Source of the DNA: Phoronis australis
Lineage: Eukaryota > Animalia > Phoronida
Length of the DNA stretch: 64,000 nt
Direction: 5' to 3'
NCBI GenBank assembly: GCA_002633005.1
Contig: NMRA01001040.1
Span: forward strand, 1 to 64,000
Part shown: piece by piece, positions 52,201 through 63,391 of the stretch
How the letters are laid out: every line of letters begins with the position of its first letter
How positions within the stretch are numbered: the first letter of the stretch is position 1
Position numbers and translations under genes: made by a program
Notes under the pieces: model-generated
What the model saw: the letters and a program-made list of their open reading frames with translations, nothing else
The model's database searches: none
Told to the model about the DNA's origin: nothing

Positions 52201-54708
52201 CTTGAAAAATGAGTCTCTTTTACCTATGGGAAGTACGGGAAACCAAAATAGTGTTTTTTACTTTTTTGTTTTATTTCTTATGACTAATCAAAATTGCGTC
52301 CAAGGTGACGTACCTATAAACTCAGTATGTGTCTTATTTAGCATAATTGCATAAAATGACGCAAAACCACAGAGTCAGGCAAACGCTGGATAAACAAAGT
52401 GAGAACACAAAAATCAGATGGAAAGTGCATTAACAAAGCAGTGACTAACCGGACTATCCATGGCTTCCAAGTAAGGTTTATGCGCAAGGTTAGCCATCAG
52501 TAGAGACATGATACCAGCTTCAGCTGTTTTCTGTAATACAATCCAACAAATTAGTACACCAAGAGCAATGCAAAGTATTGAAATGCATTCATGACTGCAC
52601 TGCAAACATTATGCTTCTAGGAGTGTTTAGTATTATCACTTCATACATAAAATAAAAGGCCAATAGGGGTGCAGCATATACCAAATCTACCTGAAACCAG
52701 GCAAGTGCTATCATCTCTTCGCTAGAAACTCATTTGCCAAATTTCATGAAAATCCATCAAGGACTTGGTATAGAGCTGCATGCAAAGGAAACCAGGAAAT
52801 TGGGGAATCAATTAAGGCACAGGTTACAACAAATTTGCCACTAGTTGGCACCACAGTTGTTGGACCCATCCGAAAATCTAAATCACCTGTGATCATTTCA
52901 ATTGGAACACATATGTAAAATAATGATCCTTCAAGCACTTTGGTAGATAGAGAGGTGGACACTAAAACAGGCGAAAAACAATAGAAATGGCCACCAGGAA
53001 CACATATTATGTAGAAAATGGAAGGAAATTGTGATTTTCCTCTACAACAGAAATTTATATGCCAAATTATAGAGATAGGTGATTCCATCCAAAAATTAGA
53101 TTGTGTCTCTCCATTCATGATAAGAACACATAAGCAAAATTTCCCAAACATCCATCAAGGGGTGTTGGAGATAGCAGACATCAGATGCCGGATGAATGCC
53201 AGACGACCAGACATAGACGGTGGCATAATGTGCCCACATACATAGCTTGGTTCATATAATTTTTCTGAAGCAAAGTTTAAACCCCACATGCTTACTTCTA
53301 TGAATTCATAAACATCATTAAGAGGTCTCATCAGCAAGCAAAGCTCACCTAATATATATTAAGTGTTTGAAACTACATTGTACGCCCATTTGATTAATTG
53401 GACTATGGATGTTTTAACACCTGAGATCTGCAAGGCACAATACAGCAGATCAATACCACATGCTGCCATCAGGGTTGCTGAGGTCCAGTGCTACTTTAAT
53501 TGCACCAGGAAAGTACACTTTATATAAAAACGGGAGAGAAAGGAGCTGTGTTTCTGTTGCATAACAAAAGACAATGGAATGAATTTAAATCACTTACCAC
53601 TGAGAAGCCAATATCAACATTGCTGTAATTCCATAGAGCATTGTAGGTGAAATAGGTTGGGAACCAAACTTTGTCAGACTTAAAGATTCCCACTTCATTC
53701 AAGGCCTTCAACATCTTGACAGACATGTCTACAAGGAGAATGGATAAAACCACCAGTTTAACTGTCATGTACATTAACTCAATTGTAAACACAGTTTCCA
53801 CATTATTATGGAGCATTAAATATTTGACCTTTTTCTCCAAGAGAGCCTGTTTTACAAATTATCATACTAACATATTTCTGAACAGCAAATATCTTAAGTG
53901 TTCACTTTGAAATGGCTATGAGCAGTTTTTGTTCTAGCCTTAAATTATTCCTTACAAAGATCAAACTGTATATCTGGGCTTGGACAGAACTAGGCAGGTC
54001 TCAAGCAACTGATGAACTAATAATGAAATAGTTTCTTTGAGGGAAGGTGCTGGTATACACCTGTCACTGTTTAGCTATCAATGTTGAATTCATAACCAAT
54101 ACGGTTTGTGGTTTAAAAGCATCACCATGCCCATCTTTTCTTGAATTGCGTAACTCAAGCCACAGGGCAAAATACAACTTTCGGTTTTTAGGAGTGAAAT
54201 ATTTGAACAAAATTGCCATCTTCCAACAATTTAGGCCTACAGTCTTACTACAGGAAATGCACATCTAGACCATAGCTACATAAAACGATCAAAACAACTT
54301 ACTTATATAGTTTCCCTTGGCAAGCAACCGTGCACTCTCTGAAGCCAACTCTGGGTACTTCCAATACGTCTGCGAAACCGCTTCCTGTATATCTTTACCC
54401 TCATCACTATCATACTGCGTCACTTCAGCAAGCCGTTTGGACAATTTCTGCAGTTCCTCTCCCAATGTCTCGTTTGTATGTTTGACATCACCTTCTTTCT
54501 CCACTAGCAAGTTTTTTGACAAAACATCAGCCGATTTCACCGTGGATGATTCTCGGCGAGGTTTATCAATGGGAGACAGATGCTTCGGCGGGCTTCTTAA
54601 CATTTTGGCGGAGGATGACCTGCTGCTATTGGCACTTGAACTACGATGGGAGGCAGATGAACCTCGTTTGTCATTTATCTCAGGCAAAAATACTTTTGGC
54701 TTCGACAT
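40284..54708 (-). CDS. ARM/HEAT-repeat - TIR (TIR_2 type) - SAM-like domain protein, 678 aa, 13 coding exons
   Basis: Exons 54708-54303, 53728-53598, 52530-52450, 51941-51843, 49892-49778, 48940-48807, 47773-47449, 45547-45450, 44858-44717, 43405-43208, 42361-42226, 41413-41347 and 40388-40284 sum to 2037 nt, all GT-AG with matching phases and no stops. ARM-like helices: ALWNYS, GMLANIAR, GLEGLWSLSF. TIR: HVFLSYSWANQ...GYKVWIDVDQMNGDTLEAMARAVEEAAVVLICVSEPYKESSNTRTEAEY...YKPDGWLG. SAM-like: WTKEQVQSWL...YDGPLLTKL. Confidence 0.9.
44902..45114. repeat. Inverted-repeat pair of SINE-like fragments
   Basis: GTAAGAATT..AGTCTT...GATCTCTGTCTC versus GAGACAGAGATC...AAGACTAAAATTCTTAC; a B-box-like GGCTCGAATC lies in the spacer. 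Confidence 0.55.
47332..47422. repeat. (CA)n microsatellite
   Basis: Direct reading. Confidence 0.95.
48357..48444. repeat. 20-bp tandem repeat x~4
   Basis: ATTCAAGCTTGGACAATATC-like units. Confidence 0.9.
50080..50336. repeat. 32-bp tandem repeat x~8
   Basis: GTTGATATGTACACACTGTGTACATTGCATAC units; explains ORFs 49995-50348 and 50045-50371. Confidence 0.92.
50346..50820. mobile_element. Interspersed repeat (HINE-like), related to 52640-53250
   Basis: Shares CCAAATTTCATGAA.ATCCATCAAGG, GGCCA..AGGGG.TGCA.CATA...CAAATC.ACCTG and GCCACTAG blocks with 52640-53250. Confidence 0.5.
51063..51136 (-). mobile_element. tRNA-derived SINE head / tRNA pseudogene
   Basis: Minus strand reads GCCGCTGAGTGGTGCAGTGGTTAAGTCGACGACTGAAACTCTTGTGGCCCGGGTTCGAACCCGACCTCGGT: A box and B box present, cloverleaf stems imperfect. 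Confidence 0.6.
51673..51795. mobile_element. Short fold-back element (possibly Crypton-type non-autonomous)
   Basis: ATAGATTATTACAT...AGTCGTTATTCC..TTCTAGAGCCC versus GGGCTCTAGAA...GGGATAACGACT...ATGTAATAATCTAT. Confidence 0.55.
52640..53250. mobile_element. Interspersed repeat (HINE-like), related to 50346-50820
   Basis: Same motif blocks as 50346-50820, repeated internally. Confidence 0.5.
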
Positions 54709-54807
54709 TGTCTCTACACATCAAATTCACCTACAAACATAGTAAATATATAGAAGCTGAGGTTGGCCTGAGTAATGAAATATATCAAATAAACACAGAA
54801 AAATCAG

Positions 54808-54883
54808 GAACCCCAACAGGGACTCGAACCACAGGTCTCTAGATTGCCGGTCTAGTGCTCTCACCACTGAGCTACTGAGGACC
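54808..54883 (-). mobile_element. tRNA-derived SINE head
   Basis: Minus strand reads GGGTCCTCAGTAGCTCAGTGGTGAGAGCACTAGACCGGCAATCTAGAGACCTGTGGTTCGAGTCCCTGTTGGGG: A box, B box and a CTAGA/TCTAG anticodon-like stem; T and acceptor stems are defective. Confidence 0.7.
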
Positions 54884-56803
54884 CGATATCTGTGCAATTA
54901 CTGTTTACAGCCAACTGTTGTTTTTCTATGCTCAAGCTCTGCAACATAGATTACTATCAAACAGTATTTTGAAAAATTGTGGGCAGAAGCTAGCCTATCA
55001 AAAATGAAAACAGGCAATCTTGGCGATCATTTTTTTTTCAAAATCATCGAGATGTTTTACCACAGAAAAACTGGGGGTCATTTTCTGAAAATTCAAATCA
55101 ACACAAATGGGCACTAAGATATCACTGCAGAAAACCCAGAATGGTACAGCTGATTTTTCACAAGCAAACAAGTCCAAGCACGGTCTAAAAAGAGACTCAT
55201 TTGCACCCAATTTGGCTAAAATCCAGGTTTGTTTTCTGTCTGAAATACATCTCAACTTAATTGATTGGTTTTGAAATTTTGAACAACGAACTTCATTGAA
55301 TGAAGTCTTTTAACCGGAACTGCAGCAATTAAAGTGTAACAGATCTGATGGTGAAATGAGTGAGGTTGAGCAAAAACTAGTAAGGATCTCATTTTTAGGG
55401 AGATACATTCAATTTGGTCAATTCAAAAGGCAGAATGCACAAAAAACTATCCTGAAAGCTCGGTGTGGTACCACCGTTTTTGAAAACCATTGTTTGGGTT
55501 CATGTTTGGGGTGGAATCCTTTGTGTGGTTTTATAATGTTATAACCAGTCACTTCAATAATGAGATGTATCGTTACTGGAGCCCAGTCCAAGTGGACGAC
55601 CATGAAGCATTGTAGTATATGAAAGACACTATGAAATCATGGATATTCAAGAAGCCTCTACTAAAACTGACTATCACTAAGTTACAACGATTCACACCCA
55701 CGTGACTACTTTTCTGAAGTGTGTAACCAGATGTGAGCATAACAAACTACACCACGACTATTAAGTTAAGATTTCTACATCTAATACTGACAGCTGAGCA
55801 TCCAACCAATCGGCCAAGAGACAATTGATACTTGGTAAGCTATATTGACATATTTTTATGTTTTAATACAGCGAGCCAGTGTTCCTAATTACACAAAATA
55901 ACAGCATGGACCAAACAGAGTTCACTGATAATTCAATAGCAAGATTCGTCATTGCGGAGTTGATTTATTCCAGTTTGAACTTTTGGATTCCGGCATGACC
56001 TAATCAGCGCTGAGTGGGACCTAAAAGTACTACACAGATTTAGGACCATGAACCTATCCAAAATATTGTGACTTCCAAAGAAAATTAGTTTCTCAAGCGT
56101 TTCGCTTAGGCGCAGGTGGGAGTCCTTTTCTACAGGCACCTGTCCCGTTGTTGATACAGGTGTGATTCATTGTCCTCGACAAAGGTGTGTAATCTTGCAT
56201 CTACAAAACTTTTTAAAATGCAAATTGGTCTCACTTGTAAAGTTTTATGTAACTAATAACAGGTTACAGTCATTCAACAATTAACTGTTACAAATTGATT
56301 AATCTCAAGAGAACAATAACATCAGCTGAAGCAAGGTGGCTTCTTGAATATACTACGGCAGATTTCAAGGTTAGTAGAACCTGTGTAGTTGCCCAAACTC
56401 AACCAGGGCCAGCGAGGCAGTCAATGAACGATTGGAAGGGTCACTTCATGGCAGTTAAACATAGGGTAAAATGTGATATGAACAAAAATTGGTCATTTTT
56501 AAAATTTTGTTGCTTCTGAAATTAATTTGTTGTGAAAACTTAGGCTAGTATCATTTTTACCTGGTTAGGTTTTTGTTCTCTGGTAACTGTTTTAGTAACT
56601 TTTTGAACTGTGGTTGATGATTGCATAGCCAGTTAGTTGTGGTGTCTGACAAAAGGACACCATCAGACACAATGGACCTTGATTTAGAGAACCAGTTTCA
56701 TCCACTAAATAACGGCCGTTATTCAGTGATTGCCTCTGATTCTTTAGTCTAAATCAGGGTCTATTATATCCCTTGCTGCTTCCCTGCATATGTCGCTAGG
56801 TGG

Positions 56804-57319
56804 TAAAGAACACACGCAGGTATCATTCAATTTTCCTTGGGAATTTTTTTACACCGGCGTTTCTGATTGGCTGGTCGAATTCTCAACAGATAGCGCTTTA
56901 CGCAAACAAACTGGCGTGACTGATGGAGGAAGTGTAAATGTGGTACAGACAAATCAGTGCTTAATTCATGCTTTAGAAATGTGAATCCCAGAAAATTGTA
57001 GTTGCGCATTTTCAAAGTGCATCTTTCTACTGTCGCTGACTTTTGTTTACGTTGCTGTCCTGTATTCATACAGTGTGAATAACAAACTGGTTAAATTGGC
57101 CAGATATGTGTTTATTGTACATGTACTTCAAGTATGCAGCTATTAAACATTACTGCAGAAACGAAATAGTTGCTGCTATGCTACTAGTATGACAAGGCTA
57201 AAAATCGTTCATAGTCCGCCATTTTCTCTCTTTGTTGTAAAGCTAACCAATGACTGCCGAGGTTACATCAACCAGTAACAAAGTGTGTGCTACTGAACGA
57301 TACCTGCGTGTGATCTCTA
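56804..57319. mobile_element. ~515-bp MITE
   Basis: TIRs TAAAGAACACACGCAGGTATCATTCA and TGAACGATACCTGCGTGTGATCTCTA. Confidence 0.7.
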
Positions 57320-57499
57320 CACGCAAGGAACCAGCGAGTTATATCCGACTGCTTTCATTTAATTATGCTTAAAATCAATGGACTCCAACAGGACCTTTTG
57401 TAATAATTAAATAACGAAAATATGCACGTGGTGAAAGCTGTTTCTGAAAATATTAAAATACGAAGGCAATGGCGCATTTATGTGAGGGTGTTGTAATGG

Positions 57500-58102
57500 A
57501 ATTTCCCAGTAGTCAGCCAGGAACAGTAGTCCCTTCATGACGTCAACATACACTACCTACTGGCTACTGCGACTATTCTAGTATTCTATACAGACAACAC
57601 ATAGAAAAGACCAAAACAACATAATTGAAATACTATGCATCAACCCTTTTAACTCACGCATTGCATTAGCTCAATACTTACACCGAGTATTACATCTAAA
57701 ATTGGTTGTCTTTTAATGAAAGAATTCCAGCGAAAATGCGAGATGTCCTCAGGGGACTAGCCACACGAATCAGCTTCTTCCACCATGACGACAGCACATA
57801 TGTGTCATGTCGCTTAGTATATTGTGCGTTATGTCGCTTAAATAAACTAAATAAACTACTCGTCGGTCATATCACTGGCCAGAATAAAAGCATTAATTTT
57901 GCTCACATTTATAGCTACACGAATACTTATACGAGTTTCACTTGTAAACTTTTGCATAATTAATTTAAAAAATATTTACGAAACCATACGTGATGTTCGA
58001 TTACTGACTTTGCTTCTTTCAGCAACAACCGCCATTTTAAAACAATAAGTTGCTGGAAGCTCCAAATTTTACCAAATATAACAAAGAAGCAGGGAAAAAG
58101 GC
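57500..58102. promoter_or_regulatory. Putative bidirectional promoter (ARM-TIR-SAM gene / CETN3)
   Basis: Lies between divergent genes. Contains a CRE palindrome TGACGTCA at 57538-57545 and a YY1-type CCGCCATTTT at 58029-58038. Confidence 0.5.
57682..57800 (-). other. Candidate non-coding first exon of the ARM-TIR-SAM gene
   Basis: The ATG-containing exon has an acceptor at 54731/54730, so an upstream exon is needed. A GT|GTAAGT donor lies at 57682/57681 near the CETN3 start. The 5' boundary is a guess. Confidence 0.4.
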
Positions 58103-61100
58103 ATGAGTTTATCATTAAGGTGAGTTTCATTAAACGTCCATTATTTTAGTGTTAGCAGGGAAGTTTGTGGACTGCGCAGGAGTTCTTATTGTGAGACATA
58201 AACTCTGATAAAGATAGACAACATTGTCATTGATCACAGTTGTAACTGAGTTGTTACAAATGCAGGGGCGACCCCTGGTGGCTGTTTGAAAATATACTCA
58301 TGGATTCCAGAAAAGGATTATTGTTTACAAAACGGCTCCATTAAGGTACATACTTGATATTAGTATCTTCTGAATTCTCTCGCCATCGTGATCCACAGGC
58401 ATCCTCAGCTTCTGATCGTCCCCACCACAGCCACAGGCGTCCTCAGCAGGACCTCAGCTTCTGATCGTCCCCAATAGTACACTACATATAATACTACAAG
58501 GTATGACACTCCCGACTAGAAATTCCACGGGTGCAGCAGAGGTTCAACAAACCATGAAGAATTGTTCTTTCTCCCAATACCAATCACGGTGTCCTGTTCC
58601 GGCGACTTTGTAAGAAATTCGCAGTCAAAGAACAAAAATGTTCACAAAAAGCCCCCACACACTTTCATCGTGGGCCGCTCGAGGTCAAGGACGGTACGGA
58701 AATTGTCGGTTTGTCGCGTAAAATCACGATGTCGATAACTCTACACTTAGCCGCCAGTTGAAAAACTATTGAGTACTTCCGTAACTCACCGGCAATTTCC
58801 GTACCGGTTTGTTGAACCTCTGTTTTGTGAAAATTTATTGAGTTTTATATTTGCTATGGACGGCTGAAGTGAAGCAGACGTGGAATTTCTAGCCCGAAGT
58901 GTCATGCCTTGTAGTATTATATGTAGTGTATTGGGGACGATCAGAAGCTGAGGACGCCTGTGGTCCCCACTACATATAATACTACAAGGTATGACACTTC
59001 GGGCTAGAAATTCCATGTCTGCTTCGATTCAGCCGTCCATATCAAACACATAACTCAATAAAGTTACACAAAACAGGGGTTCAACTTGCTATGAACAATT
59101 GTTTTCTTATAATACCATCCACAGTGTCCTGTTCCGGCGGCTTCATAAGAAATTCGCAGTCAAAGAAAAAAATGTTCACAAAAAGTCCAAACACACTTAC
59201 AACTGTGTCGGTTCAAGGTCAAGGATGGTACGGAAATTACCGATCAATTACGGATGGACGGCGTTATTGACATCGTGACGGCGTTATCGACATCGTGACT
59301 TTACGCGACAAACCGGCAATTGATTGTGATTTTGTTTTCCAACTGTTTTCATCTGTAACTTAATTTTAAAAGCAGTTTTATTGCTAATGCATTCAACTTG
59401 AAACTCATATAAAAGAGAAACAATGCCTTCGCTCTTATTTTAACCCAAGCTGGTACAATATTTTGAACTTTTCGATTTCAGTCGAAGTCTTATATCATTT
59501 GTAAACCAACACACCAATGAGCTTCCAGAGCTACTGCTAGCAAGTTAAAAAATATGTTTTCTTGCTTACGTTACTTGGCATGCCGTGGACACTGTCTAGG
59601 TGAATGGCCTGCGCCGTTCTATTCAACATTTGTTGACTGACATTATGTAATTTTACCAGGGGTGAGTTCTCTCTGGACAGAGGTCGTCGCCGAAAGAAGC
59701 GAGAACTGAGAGAAGAACAGAAGCAAGAGATAAAAGAAGCGTTTGACTTGTTTGACACTGACAAGGACAGGGCGATTGACTATCATGAACTTAAGGTTAG
59801 ATTTTGAGTCTTAACATTGCGACTGCAGCTTTTCGGTTGAATTAGAATGTTTCACAAAGTGCTAAATGTTTAAAACAGTCATCAGAATTACAACTTCTGA
59901 GGATCGGCTGTTGAGTCTTTGGAATTGCTATCAGGTCTAGCACTGTGAACGGATTATGCAACCTGGCTTTTACACTGCATCTAGCTTGTTGATTAACATA
60001 ACAAAGTGACATTCGCACATTACGATTGGTTGGAAAATTGGAAAATAACATTCGGACATACCTATGAAAAATGCAAGATAGTGTACTGCTCCATCTATTG
60101 AGAAATGCCTTTGTTGCTTGTGGCTTGTACAATAGTTAGAACAGACCTAGTCTGTGCATTGCGCACAAGTTTGTATTTTATGGCACGCTCAAGATAAAGT
60201 GTCTAATGAAACAAAAAATAACACACTATACATGTTTGCGTCAAACGACCAAACCAAGGCATGCGTGTTGATGCCCACATACACATTTCAGTGTGACAGT
60301 CATCTCATCACCATTTCTCAGGACTATTCTCTTCTTGCGGTGGCACTGTGAAAAAGTTCAGTGATCAGATTTTTCTTCCTGCTGATTTTTATCTTTTTGG
60401 TAGTTAAGCTGGCATGTTTGACTTCCAATACAGGGCACGTTATACTTACACCTAAGGTCTTGGAGTGACGCAATCAACACGTTTTGAAAATGGCAGTCTG
60501 AACAAGCCATATACTCTTGCAGTTTGTGTCATTTTGGTCTTCTGTTCTCAATATTGTTGTGGAATTAATGAACCGAATACCTCACAGGAAAATGTCCACT
60601 GTTAGTGTTTGTGTCCTTTGAATATCACATTTGTCATTTAGTTACGTTTATGTAATTTTTGTGAACAGGATCAGCACAAACATAAATAATTATTCAAAAT
60701 GTTCCTCACACGTTGAATGTTCCATGCCATTGATACAAGTCACGCTTTACCATAATATCTGAGTTGACATTTGACAGGGAAATGGGATCATTTGGGTCTA
60801 AGTTTCGTAAAATCCCCACTTTTACAGCAGATGTATTTGTCTGTTTCGTAATTCTTTTTTATGCTTATATTGATATAACTGGTGTACCATTGCAGGTTGC
60901 TATGAGGGCTCTTGGGTTTGAGGTTAAGAAGGCAGATGTACTGAAGGTGCTAAGAGACTACGACAGAGAGGGCACTGGGAAAATTACCTTTGATGACTTC
61001 AATGAAGTGGGTGAGTGTTCATACCCAGTCAATTTCTTTGTATTCTTTTGAACGGCCTTTGTGGTTTAAATGAGTTCAATCAGAAACTGTATGTCACTGT

Positions 61101-63391
61101 CAAATGTGAAGAATGGTTATTGTTTGTCCTGGGTTAAAATGACTTGGTATACTTTAGAATCATTGATTGGTTTATATTGTTAAACCAAAAAAACAATAGT
61201 TGGTTCTGGTCTATACGCTGACTCACTTTGAAATTGCTACCTCTCTACTTGAATAAGAAATGCCTTGCATTAATCAGTTTCAACCAAGGCCTTGTACGTT
61301 TTTTGAAATGCCCCATAAACACACACAAGCAGTTTTAAACATTGTGGCTTATCAAGTGTGGTGTAATTACCTGCTAATGATGTACCCCCCTCACACGCAT
61401 GAGTGCCACCATCCCTTCCAACCTACCTGCTGATGTACCCCCCTCACACGCATGAGTCCCACCATCCCTTCCAACCTACCTGCTAATGATGTACCTGTCT
61501 CACACGCACGAGTCCCACCATCCCTTCCAACCTGGCAATCACATTGCTGCAGCTCTCAAACTGGTTTGAGTCAAGGGAAAAACGTACCACTTTCAGTCAT
61601 CTCGGGTAGTTTTTTAAAAAAAATTTAAAATACTTTATAACAACACCAATTTAAAAAAAACCCTCAACCAACAGTGTCTTTTGGCTTTTGGACAAAACGT
61701 GTCATTGTGTTTTGTGGTTTTTGATCTAGTTACGGACATGATGCTAGACAGGGACCCTCAGGAAGAAATCTCAAAGGCGTTCAGATTGTTTGATGACGAT
61801 GGCTCGGGCAAAATCAGCTTGAGGAATCTACGCAGGGTAGCTAGGTGAGTGAAATTTGCAATATATTTTGTACAGTTTGTAATCGTCTGTATTCACTCTC
61901 CGTGACGCACATTTGTACAAACCTCTGTCATAAACTGACACACATTTATGTGATTTTTCTTTCTTGTTCTCATAATGAAGCATGACTCTTGTTTATCATC
62001 CATAAAAAATTGGGAAAAATTACCTCACATTATTTCAATGTACTGTGTCTAACATCTTCCTCAGTGATGTTGAACATTTCTGCTGTGTGCCGTGGAAGAG
62101 ACCACCTTAAAGCATTGTGTTGCACACCACATGGCTTGAAAACTCAGCATCACTGAGGAAGATGCCAGCCACAAGACATCGAAATAATCTGAGGCAATTT
62201 TGTCTAATTTTTTATGGAAAGTTAACAAGAGTCATGGTTCACTATACTTTCCCAAGGAAGGTTATTTAGGACATTGTCAACATGTGAGTGTATTTTGCCA
62301 AAAATATACAAAAATATAGATTTTAACTCACTAAAAGATATTACGCTATATTTTTTGAAAGTGGAAAGCCGTAGAATGTTATTTTTGACTTTTTAAGACA
62401 CTGTTGTTAATTGAGTGATGTGAGCATTCTAATTAGTGAAATATAGCAAAAAAGAAAGGTACATTCATAGCAAAACAAAGGTACATGACTAAATTTAATT
62501 TTATATAAAAGTTAATGATGAAATCTAAAAAATATGGTTAAATTTTTTCTATATTATTATTCCGTTTTCATTTTTTACAACTTTTCATTTTTTCATGAAA
62601 ATCATAAAATTTCTATTTTTAGCCCCTTGTGCAGAAGCGGGGCATTCTAAAATCAATTTCTAAAGTGTACTGGAGAATGGTGTATAAAGCAGAGTATCTG
62701 AGAGTTTCATATGAATCTGATCAGGCATTTCTGAGATATGATGTTCCCAAATTGGACAAGTTTGGCCAGTTTCCTTGTAACCCTACATAATCTGAACTGA
62801 CTTCATTGTTCTCATTCAGTAATGTATGGTAATGTGATCTCTCTTTGATGTGAGTTGCTACATTCCTCTGGCTCATGTGATTGTGTATATCCAGCTGAAC
62901 CTATTTGTTCACCTTAATGGTTTAACGTGGAAATTGAATAAAAGTACAACTTCTAATTTAGGCCACTGTTATGAAATATGTATCGACCCATTCTTTAATT
63001 TATAAATTAAAAGTAATCCCTGGATCTTGGAAAAAGTGACAGCTTGCTATTGCTTCGGATCTGGCTCGTTGAGTTGCTTTTCACAGTGGAGTAATTTTCA
63101 GCCCCCCGAAGTAGCACAACTGCCAGGAGTAGTCCAGGAGTAGTCCAGGAGTAGTCCAGGAGTAGTCCAGGGGTAGTCCAAGTATTTTGTTGCAATCATA
63201 ATGGAAGAAGGCAATGGTGTTGCTTTAGAAGAGCTTATGAGGGCAGTTGTGTTTGACAACAGGGCATGCTTTTAGTGGCTTTCAATGGTGTCTTTTAACT
63301 TCTTTTTGATGCAGAGAGCTTGGTGAGAACATGACTGATGAAGAACTAAGGGCCATGATAGACGAGTTTGATCACGACCAGGATGGTGAGA
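58103..63391 (+). CDS. CETN3: Centrin-3 (EF-hand protein), five exons; final exon beyond the window
   Basis: Exons 58103-58119, 59660-59795, 60896-61010, 61730-61844 and 63315-63391 give [89 protein letters not shown]...[25 protein letters not shown]. The [15 protein letters not shown] and MSLxLR start are typical of CETN3. Confidence 0.96.
58390..59320. repeat. Complex direct plus inverted repeat in CETN3 intron 1 (rearranged transposon)
   Basis: The block ACTACATATAATACTACAAGGTATGACACT...CTAGAAATTCCA occurs forward at ~58480 and ~58968 and inverted at ~58880-58928. Downstream blocks are also duplicated (58590-58740 vs 59125-59320). Confidence 0.8.
61368..61533. repeat. ~55-bp tandem repeat x3
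   Basis: TACCTGCTAATGATGTACCCCCCTCACACGCATGAGTCCCACCATCCCTTCCAACC units. Confidence 0.9.
61981..62236. mobile_element. Penelope-like inverted-repeat remnant with two opposed hammerhead-like motifs
   Basis: 61981-62073 and 62144-62236 are diverged inverted copies (CATGACTCTTGTT...CCATAAAAAATT / AATTTTTTATGG...AACAAGAGTCATG). Each carries CTGAGGA...GAAA. Confidence 0.65.
62147..62195 (+). ncRNA. Minimal hammerhead ribozyme-like motif
   Basis: GCATCA-CTGAGGA-A-GATG-ccagccacaaga-CATC-GAAA-taa-TC-TGAGGC: intact CUGANGA/GAAA/UH core, 4-bp stem II, stem I 5 of 6 pairs, vestigial stem III. Confidence 0.55.
63123..63180. repeat. 11-bp tandem repeat x5
   Basis: CCAGGAGTAGT repeated. Confidence 0.95.

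Noticed and set aside
54006-54040. CTGATGA...GAAA hammerhead-like core
   Set aside because: No credible stem II or stem I; chance match.
40284-54708. Calling the TIR gene SARM1 or MyD88
   Set aside because: Domain order (ARM-TIR-SAM) and TIR motifs differ from SARM1, and there is no death domain; no symbol assigned.
54317-54842. Plus-strand ORFs of 141 and 108 aa
   Set aside because: Antisense shadows of the first coding exon of the ARM-TIR-SAM gene.
54808-54883. Functional tRNA gene
   Set aside because: T-stem and acceptor stem do not pair properly; SINE head is more likely. The same applies to 51063-51136.
57216-57310. Alternative first exon or start (AAAATGGCGG, CAG|GTATCG) for the TIR gene
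   Set aside because: Both signals lie inside the MITE at 56804-57319, and the apparent donor is part of its TIR.
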